DNA from: Trichoplax sp. H2
Taxonomy: Eukaryota
Length of the DNA stretch: 64,000 nt
NCBI GenBank assembly: GCA_003344405.1
Contig: NOWV01000118.1
Span: forward strand, 1 to 64,000
Direction: 5' to 3'
The position numbers and the translations under genes are program-made. Below the pieces are notes generated by a model. The model saw nothing but the letters and a program-made list of their open reading frames with translations. It was not told where the DNA came from and searched no databases. Shown piece by piece: positions 27,180 through 41,793 of the stretch (positions are counted from its first letter, which is position 1; each line of letters opens with the position of its first letter).

Positions 27180-28399
27180 TTAGATCATCAATATCTTTTC
27201 GCTTATTAATCGCTAGTACTATGTCCGATTAGGTTATCATTCTATATTCGTATAAATGATTCTCTCTATAACTTACTTCATTACTTAAATTATAAATATT
27301 GTCACGCTTATTAATCAATAGTATTTATCTCTGATTAGGTTATCATACTAAATGCATTATTTTCTCCACAACTTCTTTCGCTATTACTTAAATCATCAAT
27401 ATCGCTACGCTAATTAATCGCTAGTATTATCTCCGATTAGGTTATCATTTTATATATATTATTTTCTTCATAATTTCCTTCATTACTTTTATTATAATTA
27501 ATATTATCATGCTTATAAATCACTAGTACAGCATCATCTCTGATAAGGTTATCATACTAAATATATTATTTTCTCCACAACTTCCTTCGTTATTAAATCG
27601 TCAAATATCGTCGCGTTTTATTAATCGTTAGTATCTCCGATTAGCTTATCACACTATCTATATATAACATATGTTATATACTATTTTCCCCACAAATTCC
27701 TTAGTTATTACTTAAATCGTCAGTATCATCATGCCTATTAATCGCTAGTATCTTCTCTAGTTAAGTTATCGCCTTTATTTGCTTATCAGAATTTGAAATT
27801 TTTTTAAGAGAAAAAGAGCTTTCTTTTATTTCAACTCGTAACCCAAGCAAAGCCATGCACTGCTTCTGCTACCTTTTTTACAACTAGACTTTCGGCTTAT
27901 GGAAGTTGATACTAAGACAGTGCGACAAATTCTGATCCTTTCTTATTAAGTTTTTTAGATAACAAATCTCATCCTTACAAGATATTATAAAAAAGATTGA
28001 TTAATTTTTATAGTCTACCTCTTGCATTTTAATCATCAATCAATCTAACTTATTAAACCTACAGTTTGGAATTCACTTCTTACTGCTTAGTTTACGATCA
28101 TAACATTCATCTTCATGATAGAATCAGTTCCAAGGATATTTAACTTTATTTACTTTACTCCATTGAAAATTAGTCATATTCACTCTAAATTCGCTCTCAA
28201 ATACAGTAGACCTATATCAATCATTTCTATCTACTAAGAAATTAGAATGATCCAAATTGCTATTATTAATGTAATGACAGTTATTTGTAATCGTATTCAC
28301 AGCAGACAAACACAAATGAATAACTTTGACCTTCCTGTATTAATAGTTAATTACATATGATTATTATTATCGTCACGTAAAAGGATGAGTTCTTGATCC

Positions 28400-31250
28400 A
28401 GCATTACGCCATGATAATCAATATTGATATGGCTTTTTTGAGATGCTGTTAGGATAATTTTACTTATAAACTTTTCTGATAGATTAGCGTTGATTAGTCA
28501 CCTTATTCAAATGCAAAAAGCTTAAAGTACACATTAATCTTGGTGAAGATAGTTTTAAAAATGCGCACCAGACTTGCTTACTGCCTTTAACGATGTAAAA
28601 TGATTTTGAGTAAGACCTATAATTTAAGGTTGAATGCTACGATCTTGCTCTAATACAAAGCTATTTTAAATTCTATCCAATATAGTGCCTTTTCAATACT
28701 TTAACCGTAGTTAATCAGCCATTAAAACCTACAGTCAAATCAATACTAATATGGCTCTTTGAGAAGCTGATAGGATGACTTTGCCAGTGTGATTATTTAC
28801 CTTAATAAAATGTAAGAAGCTTAAAGTTCACATTAATCTTGGTGGAAGTAGCTTTACAAATGCACCCCAGATTTTCTTCTTGTCTTGAATGTTGAAAAAA
28901 TGGTTAAGAACAAGGGCTAAATTCTTAAGTTGAACACGATCTTGCTCTTATACGAGGCTATAATATATATATTCTATCCAATGCAGTGCTTTTTAATACG
29001 GTAGTTTACCCGTGGTTAATCAGCTATCACGATATTCAGCAGAGTCTATAATAATTATAGTGAATAATGGCCTTTGAGAAGGAGCTTTGTAAATACTTAC
29101 TTGATGTTCTTTCATTGGGTCAAGATCGGCTAGGAAGCAATAGTTCTGGTGAAACTAAAATCGATATTCCTCTTTGAAGAGACGATTGGATCAATATTCT
29201 AATTGATTTCTTAGCATTTCGTATTGTAATAGCGACAAGATCTAAAACAAAATAGATAATGGTGTTTGATCATTTTAGAAAGATATTCAGTACACCTTCA
29301 TTGCCTCATTAACATAAGTTAAATGGTGGCTAGTGTTAATGAAACGAATAATTACGTGAATAAAGTCTTTTTAGTCTTATTTTATGCGTATTACCTCAAC
29401 ATCGATTTATTATAATGTCGATCCTTTAAGCTAAAACGGAATTTGCCCTTTAAAAAGATCATTTTTTATATATGCACTCTCACTCTATCTTCTTTCATTG
29501 CCTCGCTAACATGGAATTGTTGTCTTATTACTATATCTGTACACTAAATTAATACTGATGCCTCATTTTTTAATACACGATATAATGAAATGGTGGGGAC
29601 TTTTTTATTGCCCCTAGAATATCGACTATTCGTCTTAGTGCAAATTCTGTACTCCAACCTAGAATCGATGCTGTTCTTTGACAAAATTCTTTTATTAATA
29701 TACTCAAAACTCTTTCATTACCACTTTAACATCTGTTAGTCACCTGTAGCGTATGCATTTTTCAAACCTAGGTTCGCAATTCGGCAACTCCAAATTCTGA
29801 GCTGTTAAATTAATTCTTGTTTTATTAAGACATACTATTCTACACAGCATACCGTCACTGTATTCCCTAGCACATAACTACTGTAATTAGCTGAAATTAT
29901 TACATTACCTTCTGATAATATGAATACTCTAATAAGTTGTAATGAATGCTACTCTTTGGGTAGGTAATTTCATAAATAAATAGAAGGTACACCACTACTC
30001 AGCGCTCTTTATTACCTTAACATCCATTCATTATAATGTTGATATCTAACCCTGAAATCGATACGATTCTTTGAGAAGACGATTAATAAGCATAAGCACT
30101 ATTACTCAATACTGTTTTATTGACTCAACATCGAGCAATTGTAATGCTCTTTGAGAAGAAGATTTAGAATTAAAGGCACCCTAACTCAATATTCTTTTAT
30201 TACCTCAACACCGAGTAATTGCAATGTCTTTAGCCTACACCAAAACCGCCAATACTCTTTGAGTAGACAGTTTAATCAACCCATTTGGTATTTTTTTATA
30301 CCCTTAATTGATATTAATTCATTATAATGCTTAGAGTGAAAGCAAATCGTTCACCTTATTCTATTCGTTGTCATTTAAACTACAACCGATATTACTCTTT
30401 AAATAGACGATTTTATAAATAGACCGTACTCATTACTTTTTTATTGCCTCAATAAAAGGTTACATACGTGTTTAGATATTCAATAAAAATTAAAAATTAA
30501 CATTGCTTTGTTACAAGTCAAATTAACCTTACTTTCAATGAGTTACTTTCCGTTTCATTTTCATTACTTTACTTTTCGTTACATTATAATTATCTACGTC
30601 GATTTCAAGAATCCTTTCCTCTAGAGAAGGAGATTTACTCAATATGTTAACTTCTTTTTGTATACTTTCATCGATTTTCAATCACTTATTATAATTGTGC
30701 TCTTCAAACTCCAGCCTTTACTATCCTTTGAGCTTTGGTAATATAATAAATATATGCATAATTTTTTAATTATGGTACCGCCAGTTAATCGCTATATGAT
30801 ACTATCTACAGTCTTAATTTAATATTGCTCCTTAAGACAACGATTCAATGAATGCTTACAATACATTTTCTATTGCTTTAATGTCGGTTAATCACGATGC
30901 AAAAATGTCTAGAGGCTCAATTCGATATTGTTTACTTAGAAGGAAATAGAAATAAAAGCGTGCAATACTTTTCTTTATTCCTTTTTAAAGTTAGCTAATC
31001 GCAAATTATCTTGTAATATTGTTAAAAGTTTAAACTAAAGCCGATATTACCCTTGTATAGGGTGATTTAATGGATATATTTATATATCCATTTCATTACT
31101 TTAATCTTGGTTGATCACTTTCCTTAATATCAAACGTTCGAATCGAAAAGGACTGCCTTCCGTTTATTAAGAAAGTGATTGAGCGCGTTTGTTCTATAAA
31201 TTTTCAGTATTTAAATGTTGGTTAAACTTACAGTCATGTCTACTATACCT
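28400..31250. repeat. Old degenerate tandem repeat (~120-130 bp modules) including a ~320-bp direct duplication
   Basis: Recurring aaaaycgatattnctctttgagaagacgattt and ttattrcctcaacatcga motifs; 28420-28740 resembles 28740-29030. Confidence 0.65.
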
Positions 31251-34200
31251 AGATAAAGATTAATCTATATCAAGACGGTTTAACCCTGTAACCAATATAT
31301 GTATCCTTGTATCAAAGATACCCCAGAAATATATGTGGGTCTCCTTATATCTCAAACTACCTTACTTATCAAGATCAATTCTCCGTAATAACTAGAAGCC
31401 TCTTCCTAAGTTTCACAGTAGAAAAAAGATAGCCTTTCTTCTTTTGCGTAAGCAATAAAAATAACAAAATTTCTTTAATGTGAAAAGTACCGTAGCTCGC
31501 TTTTATATCTACTATCTATATTCGTGAACAGCTTCAGCGTATGTACTGTACATGGAAATTAATACTAATAAATGATATTGCTATCGTCTATTCTAAGACC
31601 TTAATTTACATATCTTTATGCTATATTGTATAATACGTAAGAGCACGCATAGAACACGTTTTGACCTTTGAGCTTTCTTGTAAATTAGATATCTCACTAA
31701 CTCACTTGGTCTTACTGGAAAATCAATTAGTTTTATAATCGATAACCATAACGACAAGCTATCAACTGTATAACAATCAATACGGCATATTTATACGTAA
31801 CGGTGGTCTTCAATACTGTGATAAACTCATACATGTAAAACTTTTCGTCCCATTTTAATATCGGTTAGATATTATTAAAACTATCTGTCAGTTGGGCTAG
31901 ACATAAATAAGAAGCCTAACTTTAGAACTCACGATAACTTTCTGAAAAGTGGTGCCTCAATCTATTCACGAGAGTAATAGAATAGGCATATTTTTAGATA
32001 AGTTCTTAAAATTAAATTATCCATACCAGAACAATACGTTTATTTTGCATATCTGTCCTTAATTTATGGTTTCATAGTTATAGCTAGTATTTTTCTCTCT
32101 GGCTTTCTATTGTATATTTTCGTAATTAAAGTTTAAAGAAGTTGTGAGCTCTAGTTTGTTTTAATATTTGTCATTCTTTCCTTTTAAGGTAAAGCATCGA
32201 TAAATATACTTATTTATCGAACAATACCATTAAAAGGTTGATCAAGTCGAAGTGATTGACAAATATTTAATAAATTCTCCATCATTCTCGCCTTTTAGCT
32301 ACACCGGATCAACACGTCTAGAAAAATGATTCCTCATTATTCTACTGCAAGTACAGAGTTTTCTAGATATTGCAAGTTATATTGGAGAAATTAAATTTGT
32401 AACAATGTGATGCATTTTCCGTTTAAATTCCCATTTTGTATTATATAATTTACTCTCAGATGATACAAATCATATGTAGAGAATCGTATCGCTAGGTGGT
32501 GCTTTGTTTTATGGATAACTAAGACTACTACGTGATTATAAAGGTAACTCTATGGGCGTAACTTTCATTCGCTATTTATTCATCAAATATTGTCAGGTAA
32601 ATGATGCACAAACATAACATAATACTTCACTTGAATCGATAGAAAATCTAATTACAACATGAAAGAAGAGCGATTTACGTATTTTTTCTTATACGAGTAT
32701 TGTTGAAATGAGAAGATTGAGGGAGATAGGATTTCAAGATATACAGGTACATATGCAAGAGGGATCCGCTATTTCATTGGAAAATTGTTTTAAAAAAATC
32801 CATCAGAAGCAGTTACCTTGGTGTAACAATTTGGGAAATCTTAAATCAATATCGATTATATTACCAATATCGTAGCTGATTGATTTTGTTTGACTAGAAG
32901 ACGATGAAAGAAAGTCCTTAACCCACACATTTTATTTGCAATCATATATTTTAAGTAATTCGAAAGTAATCAATCTCTCAAGCTACTTTCAATAATTATA
33001 ACTAGCCAAATTTAATAAATGCAATAGTTGACTTTAGTTGCATTATATCTACCTCCTGATGTCGAAAAACTTTTTAATCTCTAAATAATTTAATTATTGC
33101 AATACTTGCAAGGTATTTTTATGGAGATTTTACCACAGGAAGTGATACTGTCAATAATTTTGTAGACGTAATGATAGCAACATCTGTTCAATCCTTGGCT
33201 AAGAATAATATTTCAGCAATAATAGGAGTCACGACTATTTTACCAAGAAGTTAAGCAAGTAAAGGTTGAAATATAATTTGTTAAAAGACAACAGCAATTT
33301 CCCTTCCTGTTGTTGTGAACACATTTGTATACCATTCTTGACGTTATGATTGAGAGTTTCACCCTTGATGAACGCTGATTACAATTGTCAATACTGGTAA
33401 GTTCTTTAAAAATAAATCTGTTCATTAATATGTTACAGGTAGGCTATTCATTTACCCCGTTCACAAATACACTAAAGACGAAATTTCTTGATGACTACCT
33501 TCCGTTCTGTCTGCTTAAATTGATTAGTAATTACGTACCTGATTTAATTTTTCTGTTACAATACATGAATAGTAGTTACCACTAGCGTTAAATACCATTA
33601 TATGATACTAATGTTAGACGATGATGAGGTAATTGTCATTTAGTATACTCTAAACAAATGACTATTATTAGTAGGTGTCATAATTTAAACTCTGCGACGA
33701 GGAAACGTAAAGTAAATGTCTATAGGTAACTACTGTCTTAAATGCTATTTTACTAGACGTTAAACACTGGCAGCAAAGTACCGTAACGATAGAACTTCTA
33801 TTAGCTTAGACACATCTACAATTTTTCATAACTTAATTTAACTTAAAATATTCCCATTTATATAGGAACCGTCTATGACTTGTAAACAGTAAGGGTATTA
33901 TTATTATCAGACATTAATAGTAAATTCCTCGCTTATTATACTTCGCGTACTACAGTATAAGTAGAATAAAACTATACAGTACTGGCTAAGCCGCTGCTAC
34001 TTTTATAATATGATGACGACTAGAAGAGTCATCTCAAACTGAGATATTCATTACATAGCTTTTCTATCAGTAAATACTTAATCTTAATCTAAGCATGTAT
34101 GCTACCTAGTTCGACTATCATTAGCTAGAACTTGAATCACCTTACTACTATTAGCATATAATAACAATTAATATCAAATATGTTGTGAACTATAGCAAAT

Positions 34201-37051
34201 AATATCCACATTAAAGCATTACTTATCTTAACTAGCACTACAAATAGGAATATTTTGCACATGAGCTACTGCTGTACTATTAAACTGTCCTAACGTTAAG
34301 GTAACACAGTAACAGTAGGATGGTAAAATGATAGAAACAACGTTTAAATTTATTTTATTCACTAATGACATGACACGGGATATAAAGATATACTAGTAAC
34401 GTCAAGACTATCAATTCTCATCTTTACAAAATTAATCGCCACATCGGAAAGTTTACGTCTTTTTGAATAGGATAATTTATTCGTACTATACTATAAAATT
34501 AGACTGTATTAAAGAACAATAAATTTTTTTAGCTTAAATCTAACTCATATTCTTGTGTCAAGGAATAAAATTCTTGCCTCTATTTTTCTAAATTTGGTTC
34601 AAAAGATGTTGGAATATAAAGATTATCGAAATCAGAATCATCATGGCCTTTAAACTCTAATTAAAGGCAAATACTTAAATCTTATGTGATCATTTGCTAA
34701 TACAGTCAGTAGATAAATTATCCGCCTTTAAAATTATTTTGTAGCATATTTTGATGTTTCCAGTTGAATATCAGGTTGAATGGTGAAAAGAATCTACAGA
34801 GTAAATTATATCCGTAAAAGTAAGCACACATTACTATGATATTGCTTTGATCACTTATAGTATAGAAATTATAATTGATAAAATATAGGTTTTAAGTTAT
34901 ATACTAATAATGTATTCAGTATTTGTATGTTACTAAGATTAAAGAAGCCGTATATAATATAATTTTAGAACATCCTTTCTATAGCAAAAATTATTCACTT
35001 TAATTAATTATTGGTTTGAATGTAGTCGCGTTAATAAAATCATCTTAAATAGCTGTTTACTTTTATTTAAAATCATAGCTATTATCTACAAGATCAAAAT
35101 AGATTCGAAAAATAAAACGAGTACAAATTTTATCAAATATGATTAAGTCAATACTAGGTTTCTTTGAATAGATTAAATACCAATTTTAATATTATTTACG
35201 TCACAAAAAAGGTTTATGAACGGTCATTGTCAATTTTTTATTCTATCTTAGCCTTGACGTCATTAATGTGCCTGTTCAAATTGTATTACTATTCAATTAA
35301 TTAATTGTTAGATAGACTTTATTATGATTTTAAAAGGCTAAGATTTTAACGAAAGGAAACATGAGTTAAGAAGTCTAGACTAACATGTCGTAGTTGTTTT
35401 TACATGATATAATACACCATTTTATTTCGATTCTATTATATCAAGGGAATCCACTAATTCATGCCATACAATAAATGGAAAAAATTTCAATCAAACTAAA
35501 CATTAAAGTGTCGAGAATGCTATTTATGGTCACTAATAAAAGTAGTGATGTTGTAATTTAGTATTTCCAAAATGGTGAAAAATATCAAACCATTATTTTT
35601 CCGGTAAATTAATTTGAATATTATGTGACAGCAAAAGTTAAATTATTCGTCTGAATATCATATTAGCTCTTCTTTACATTATTTATAGATCAGTATTTAT
35701 TGCTTCTGAAGTTAGCCGTACTAAAGTATAGAAATATAGATAGTGTGTTTTGAATTAAATTAGTTTGTTGATAGGAATTACTCTGCTTTTTATTTTAATT
35801 GTCAGTAAAATCAAAATTTCCATCTTGTTTGAAGATATAAAGGCTAAAATTTATAAAAAATAAAGAATTGCAGTATGTATATATATTAATAGAACACTCG
35901 TATTCATCACAATTTAGAAGGGTTTACAAGTACGGGCTTCCTTTGATTGAAGCTGTTAGTGACGAAATAAAATTGAAGGCCCTTTCGTTATAAGAACACT
36001 CTAAATTAGTTGTTTTAATATGATAATACGCGTAGAATTATTAGCTTTACGGGTATGATTGCCATCTTTCAATAAATTAGCGAAATGGCTGCATTGACGG
36101 TAGCTATTGTAGTCGTACAATTGTAATGTAATGCACTAGCAAAACAGAAGACCAACAACTACTTTAGGAAGAATAAGAAAGAACTACTAATGAGTCCAGA
36201 TAATGAAGCTAAATGCGCATAAGTTCAATTGCAATTAATCGTAAATATCAAATTAAATTATTTATCTCAACATTACTTTTGTCATATACTGTGCTTCAAA
36301 AGTGTAGTATCAATGAGAACTACAGAGAACTACATTCGGATTTATTAACTTATCAAATGCGTAATTTCAGTCAATTTTCAAATCGCAAGATGATCTATTA
36401 CTACTATATTATGTGTCATCACTAGCTAGTGAAAATGTTAACTGAACATTATTACGTCAACTTTGATAGCAGAACAGTGCATGTGGTATTAACGTTTCGA
36501 GATTTAGCAAGAATGCTTGTAAGCAACTGTTTCACGTATAGTGAAATTTTCTAATTCTATGTTGCTACCAGGATTGGTGATAAAATTTTCGCGAGATCCT
36601 CGTCAGTTATCACCCATTTTGGTTTCATATCAAAATAACGAATATGCTTTATAAGGTTGACTAACTTAAAACTTCTATTAACGCAGAAAATGAAATTGAA
36701 GTTAAGAATGGTGTTGAGGGTAGCTTTTAAAATGGATTCAATCTAACATGGAAATTTAAGACTATTTTATTTTTCATTTAGCATAAGAACAAGTAAATAT
36801 ACATATATCCCGGTATATAGCTGGTGCAACTAGCAATTAATCGGAATATAAATCAATTAAAATGAAATGGTTGTATCTATGATCAAGACTGCAGATATTA
36901 TCAAAGACTATTATAAGCCGTTTTCTAAATTTGTATCTCATAAAAGTACTATCGTGCTATGTGCTTATGCTACATAAAAATCTAAAGGGTTTCAATCTAA
37001 ACGTAGAGTATATTCATTTTACGTACAAATTCAATGAACGTTGTTCATGAT

Positions 37052-40000
37052 TTAACTGCTAATCCATTTCTTTATCAATTTAGCTTCCATTTTCCTTGCT
37101 TTAATAACAGATGCAGGGTCATTTTTATTTTTACCTCTAATAGTATTCAATAAAAATATAAAAGTAAGTAAGTGAAAATTTTTACTACTTACACGAACAT
37201 CCTCATAATAGCTGTATAATATCTTTACCTGAGATCCAGATGATGAGCTCCGTGGGGAATCTGGATAGCGACTAGGCTAGATGATGGGGACTTTAAGATC
37301 TATGATCATACAAACGTACAAAAGAATCGACGGTTTACAACATTATCCCAAATATCTAGACAGGACTATTTTCAAGCTACTGGCCATACAAGATTATTCT
37401 GATAAAATTGAAGCATAACACGATTTGCATTTAATGGTATCAGTAAGAGTAAATATCAAAATTATGAGTCTCTAAAGTAATTGAAGATGTTGCGAATAAT
37501 ATACTTAATTATTGTTTATATAGTATAATACTTACGCCGCCATTCTTCCATGGATCCAGATTTCCATTCGAGAAGATAATATTGCTCGCTCCTTTTAGTC
37601 CTGAATTCAGAGAGTATTCATTATCAAATTTCAAATAGATTTGTTTATGAACTCGAGCAAATTACTAAATGCTATTTGGAATACTAAAGAAGAAAGTAAG
37701 CTCAATCCAAAGATCTTACGGTTTGCCCAAAATTGAGTTGCAACCCAGTTAGGCCTTGGCGTGACGCCATACTTTTTAAGGCAATACTGCTTTCTTATTT
37801 TGGATGTAAAGGGTATCGGTGGAAACATGTCAGTTTTATTATTTGTACTACCAGGAAGAAGGATTTCAGTGCAAGCCTAGATAGAGTGAACATCAAATTG
37901 CAAAATCATTAAGAATTTGTCTTATTTACTAAACTGAAATGTAGCATAGCATATTTCGAAGCAAGTCTAACATTACCTGATAATCCCAAGGTATAGCAGA
38001 GGCACCTGTTCCGCATCCTGTTGGGTCTGCACAGTGCACGTACTGTTTGTAGATATCATGACATTTTTTGCTTCCATAAAAAAGCTCTTATGTGATAAAT
38101 AAACCATTACAAGAGATTTGTAAGTTGATCGAAAGTCATGGTCTATTTCTACAAGCTAGTAAAGTTAAGAATTGTACAGGACTTTGCAAATTTACTTACT
38201 CATAGCTTTAGCCATTCCTTGTATAGGGTGGCTAGCATTTACTATATATTTGCAGGAAGCCTACATTGAATAAAACAAACTACGATGTTATCCTAATAGT
38301 TGGATTGATTCTTTCATTATTGAGTTGAATACTGCTTAGAAGGCAGCTATGCTATAGGTTTCATACATTAACAGGAAATGCAGGAAGTGGACCAAAAAAG
38401 GATGCTGGATAAGGGTAATCTCCCATAGCCATGGAAACAAAACCGTTTCGAATCCATCCAATTAATTGTTTAACCTAACGCATTTGAATCGATTCGATAT
38501 TATGAAAGTTTGTATAATTCAAGCATTTTAGTCAAGTATGATTTGCAAGATACTGTTACTATAGGAATGACTAACATCAGCAGAGGTCTTCAGCTTGTTG
38601 CAGACATTGAAAATTTTAGCGACTTTTTGCTTACCTAGTAATATTCGTTTACCAAATCAGTAATGCATTCGTAGACAATCACTATATCCAATATCAATTA
38701 CTACTCTTACCACTTTTGGACTTTGCCATTTCTAGCACAGCGCTAAATGCTTTTCGGATATTAGGAACACATTTAGGATTCGCATCTTGGTAATCCTATA
38801 GAAAAATTACTGTAATTTTAGTCAAATCTGCGTATAGTTATTAAATTTAGCAACAATCCTTTTTTACGATAATAAATCGCTGCACAGTCGCCATAAAATG
38901 CAAATGATTAGCGTCTAAACGGGGTAAATAAGAATAAACACGGACAAATTGCCTAACTATTTTTTATGTGGAGAGACACTATACACGCTATGATTTCTTA
39001 TTGTGGTAACAAGTAATCTATCGTAGAGGTTTAAGATCGTTACTGTTTCTAGTAATGGAAATATTTATTTCGAAGTTTTGCATACACGTTAACCTTATAA
39101 TAATGGCGATCTAGATAATCGGAATCAACTTGATATCGCAATTTATTCTACAGAGATAAAATGTGAAAACTATTTTGCTGTATAGTATTTATCGAGAAGA
39201 TAAAGTTCAGGGTAGTACTACTGCGCTGTATCAGTATGGTCAAATTATTTACTATTCAATATACTGAATAATATATGAAGTTTTTACTTGGACCGACAAC
39301 TTTTTAAAAGCATTATACTATACATAGTTTACATTTATCGGATTATTAATCATTGGCCAATACGATACATTAGTTCTATTTCTTGCTAAAGATACCTTGG
39401 TTACTGCTGGAAAGAAGAAGTTTGGGGAAACAACTCCACCTGCCATGTAAAGTGGAGCGCTCGCGGCTAGTCCAGCATCAATAATGTTAGGGTATTTCAG
39501 TCTCATCCAAGCAGTTAACATTCCACCATAACTGCCTCCGAAAGCGACAACTTTGCATTTATTAGCATTTAATGATTTCTTTAGGCTAGTCAAGAGGACA
39601 GCGTAGTCAGCTAAGGCTTGCTCTGATGTTAACAATCCTAGATTCTTTGGTTTGAAGGAATCCTTTCCAAATGGCAGAGATTTCCCGTAATAGCGCTTGA
39701 GAAAAGTGTATAATGCTTATTACATAAGTCAATAATATAGTACGAATGTACAAAGGAATAACACAAAGTTATGATGTACATAAGCTACATTAAATTATTT
39801 TACTCAATAGTACGTATATGACCTAAATTTTCTCCAATTTTAATGATCATTATGGTTTTTAAAGTATCATTTAGAGCTACTTAGGTCTGGCTTTAGATGC
39901 TAAGGAGCTATCTCTACTGTTATAACAGTATAGGTTTGATTGAATAACTAAAGCGTGACATACTGCTTCGCAACTGGAAGTACAAGCAACTTTAAAAAGC

Positions 40001-41513
40001 CGTAATGGAATTTCTCAGTAGTAGTCCAGAGCTAACTGCAGCCTTAATAGCCGAACTACAGAAGCATCATTACTAGGACTGGGTATTAATTTTATACTAA
40101 ATCAGATGTTATCGTTACGGAAGCTACAGTACTTTCAACAAACTGCCTAGTACTTACGTGCTCGCCAAATACAATCAAAGCACGAAATTGCGGTGCTAAA
40201 TCAAACAATAATCCGCTGTTTTGCCAGAACCCGACAATGCCACCTTCATTACCAGTATAAAAAAAGATTGGTCCAGTACCTTTATCCCAATGATCATCTA
40301 TATATATAATATATAGGAAGCAAAATTGAAAAAGTTAGTACCATCATCTGGTACAGTATGGACTATGCGCGTGATACAATCCTGTAGGATTCGAATAACG
40401 GTATACGAAATAAGATGATGAAAGCGATCGAGTTCAATTTCACAATTTCAATAACAGCATTAAGTCTCTATCGTACTATAGTATATGGTTCTTAATATAT
40501 ATGTTATATATACTATATATACATATAGTACTTTACAACTTCAGATGTATGTGGTACAATACTTCTCTCATATACTTTAATTCATGATTGGATGTACCGT
40601 GTATACTCGTAGTAAGTTAATTAGATTAGTTTAAGGTTTGGACCTGAAGAATTAGTATTAACGTTTACCATCAAGCCTAACACGTACCTTAACTATACAC
40701 TAACGAATGAAATTTTAATGATGAATACTCTCCGAGCCTCGTTGCTAACGTAGAGCAATATATTGTCTATGTCTCTACAACTGCCGTTAGGTAGTATACA
40801 GTATAGGTAGACTTTAAGAGTCTCCTACACACTTACACAGTAGTGCAACTGATGTTTCTTCATCATTTTCGTACTATGATACACACATGATTGTGTCAAA
40901 TGATGGCTCATCAATCTTATCATATTCCAGTCAATCAAAGCTGTAGATTAGATTAGCATAAGTACAGTATATTGTCTTAATTAAGGTGGATCGCATTCTA
41001 TCGAAGATCAGCTTAATAACAGAATGAAGTATGATTATCATCTAATAACTTGTTTGCAAAGATGGACACTCAGTGGAAACAATAGCAACATGTTTCACGC
41101 AGATTGTGTTTAGATTAGGGCTCATCGGTGGAGATGGATTGTACGAATATCTATGGAACAGTATCAACTGATGCCATGTACACTTGTACAGAGCTTGCAA
41201 CCATGCGATATGCCTATAACATCAGTACATGATGATGATGCCGTCGAAGTATCTCGGCAGCACACTAGGCCAGTATAAAAATTAGTCGAGAACAAGTTTT
41301 GCAAAGTGCCAAGCCAATCACAAGCTATTCCTTACCGTTCATTAAGTATCTCTGTCGGTACGTTGCATTGCTTTTCCAATCAAAGTGGTCAATAATTTGA
41401 TCGAAGTATTTAGTTTTATATTTTACAGCGGCTTGAGTACCCTGTGCTAGCAGAGTGATGATGACGAGACTTAGAACAAGTCCGCGAATGCACTTTAACG
41501 CAGCCATGGCCAT
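37052..41513 (-). CDS. DPP7: Dipeptidyl peptidase 2 (peptidase S28), 12 exons
   Basis: Exons 41336-41513, 40158-40297, 39396-39695, 38711-38795, 38576-38634, 38367-38474, 38200-38260, 37977-38086, 37720-37876, 37536-37600, 37229-37299, 37052-37136. Signal peptide, YFDQIIDHF, FYTGNEG, EHRYYG, GGSYGG (catalytic Ser), CADPTGCGTG...WDYQACTE (DPP7-type), SNIIFSNGNLDPW (Asp), GAHHLDLR (His). Confidence 0.92.
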
Positions 41514-41717
41514 GACTTGCTAACTTGAGAATGGCTTTAGTCAAGCTTGACAGGTTACTTTAAGCTACGGCTGTACCCAGTACACGGAAGTGAACAGTAG
41601 ACCAGTACAAGTACTATATGCCAAGGTACGACACAGCACTGTCCATACTGAACGATACTACCATGGGTACTACTATCTTTTTCAATTGCTATGTCTATAT
41701 GTTATATATATATACAG

Positions 41718-41793
41718 TATGTCGTTTACCTTGTAGAAAATTAGAATCGATCATTTTGCAAAATGATCGACTATCAATACGGTAAACGACATA
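41718..41793. repeat. Nested inverted repeat (hairpin/cruciform)
   Basis: Outer arms tatgtcgtttacc / ggtaaacgacata around the perfect 24-bp palindrome tcgatcattttgcaaaatgatcga (41747-41770). Confidence 0.9.

Larger units (their letters stand above)
24925..27772. repeat. Diverged tandem array, ~90-103 bp unit, ~19 copies, interrupted by two insertions
   Basis: Consensus tatattattttctccacaacttccttcgctattacttaaatcatcaatatcgtcacgc(ttattaatcgct)agtatcatctccgattaggttatcatac. Confidence 0.93.

Noticed and set aside
24925-27772. CRISPR-like or repeat-protein reading of the tandem array
   Set aside because: No unique spacers, eukaryotic context, variable unit lengths and frequent stops.
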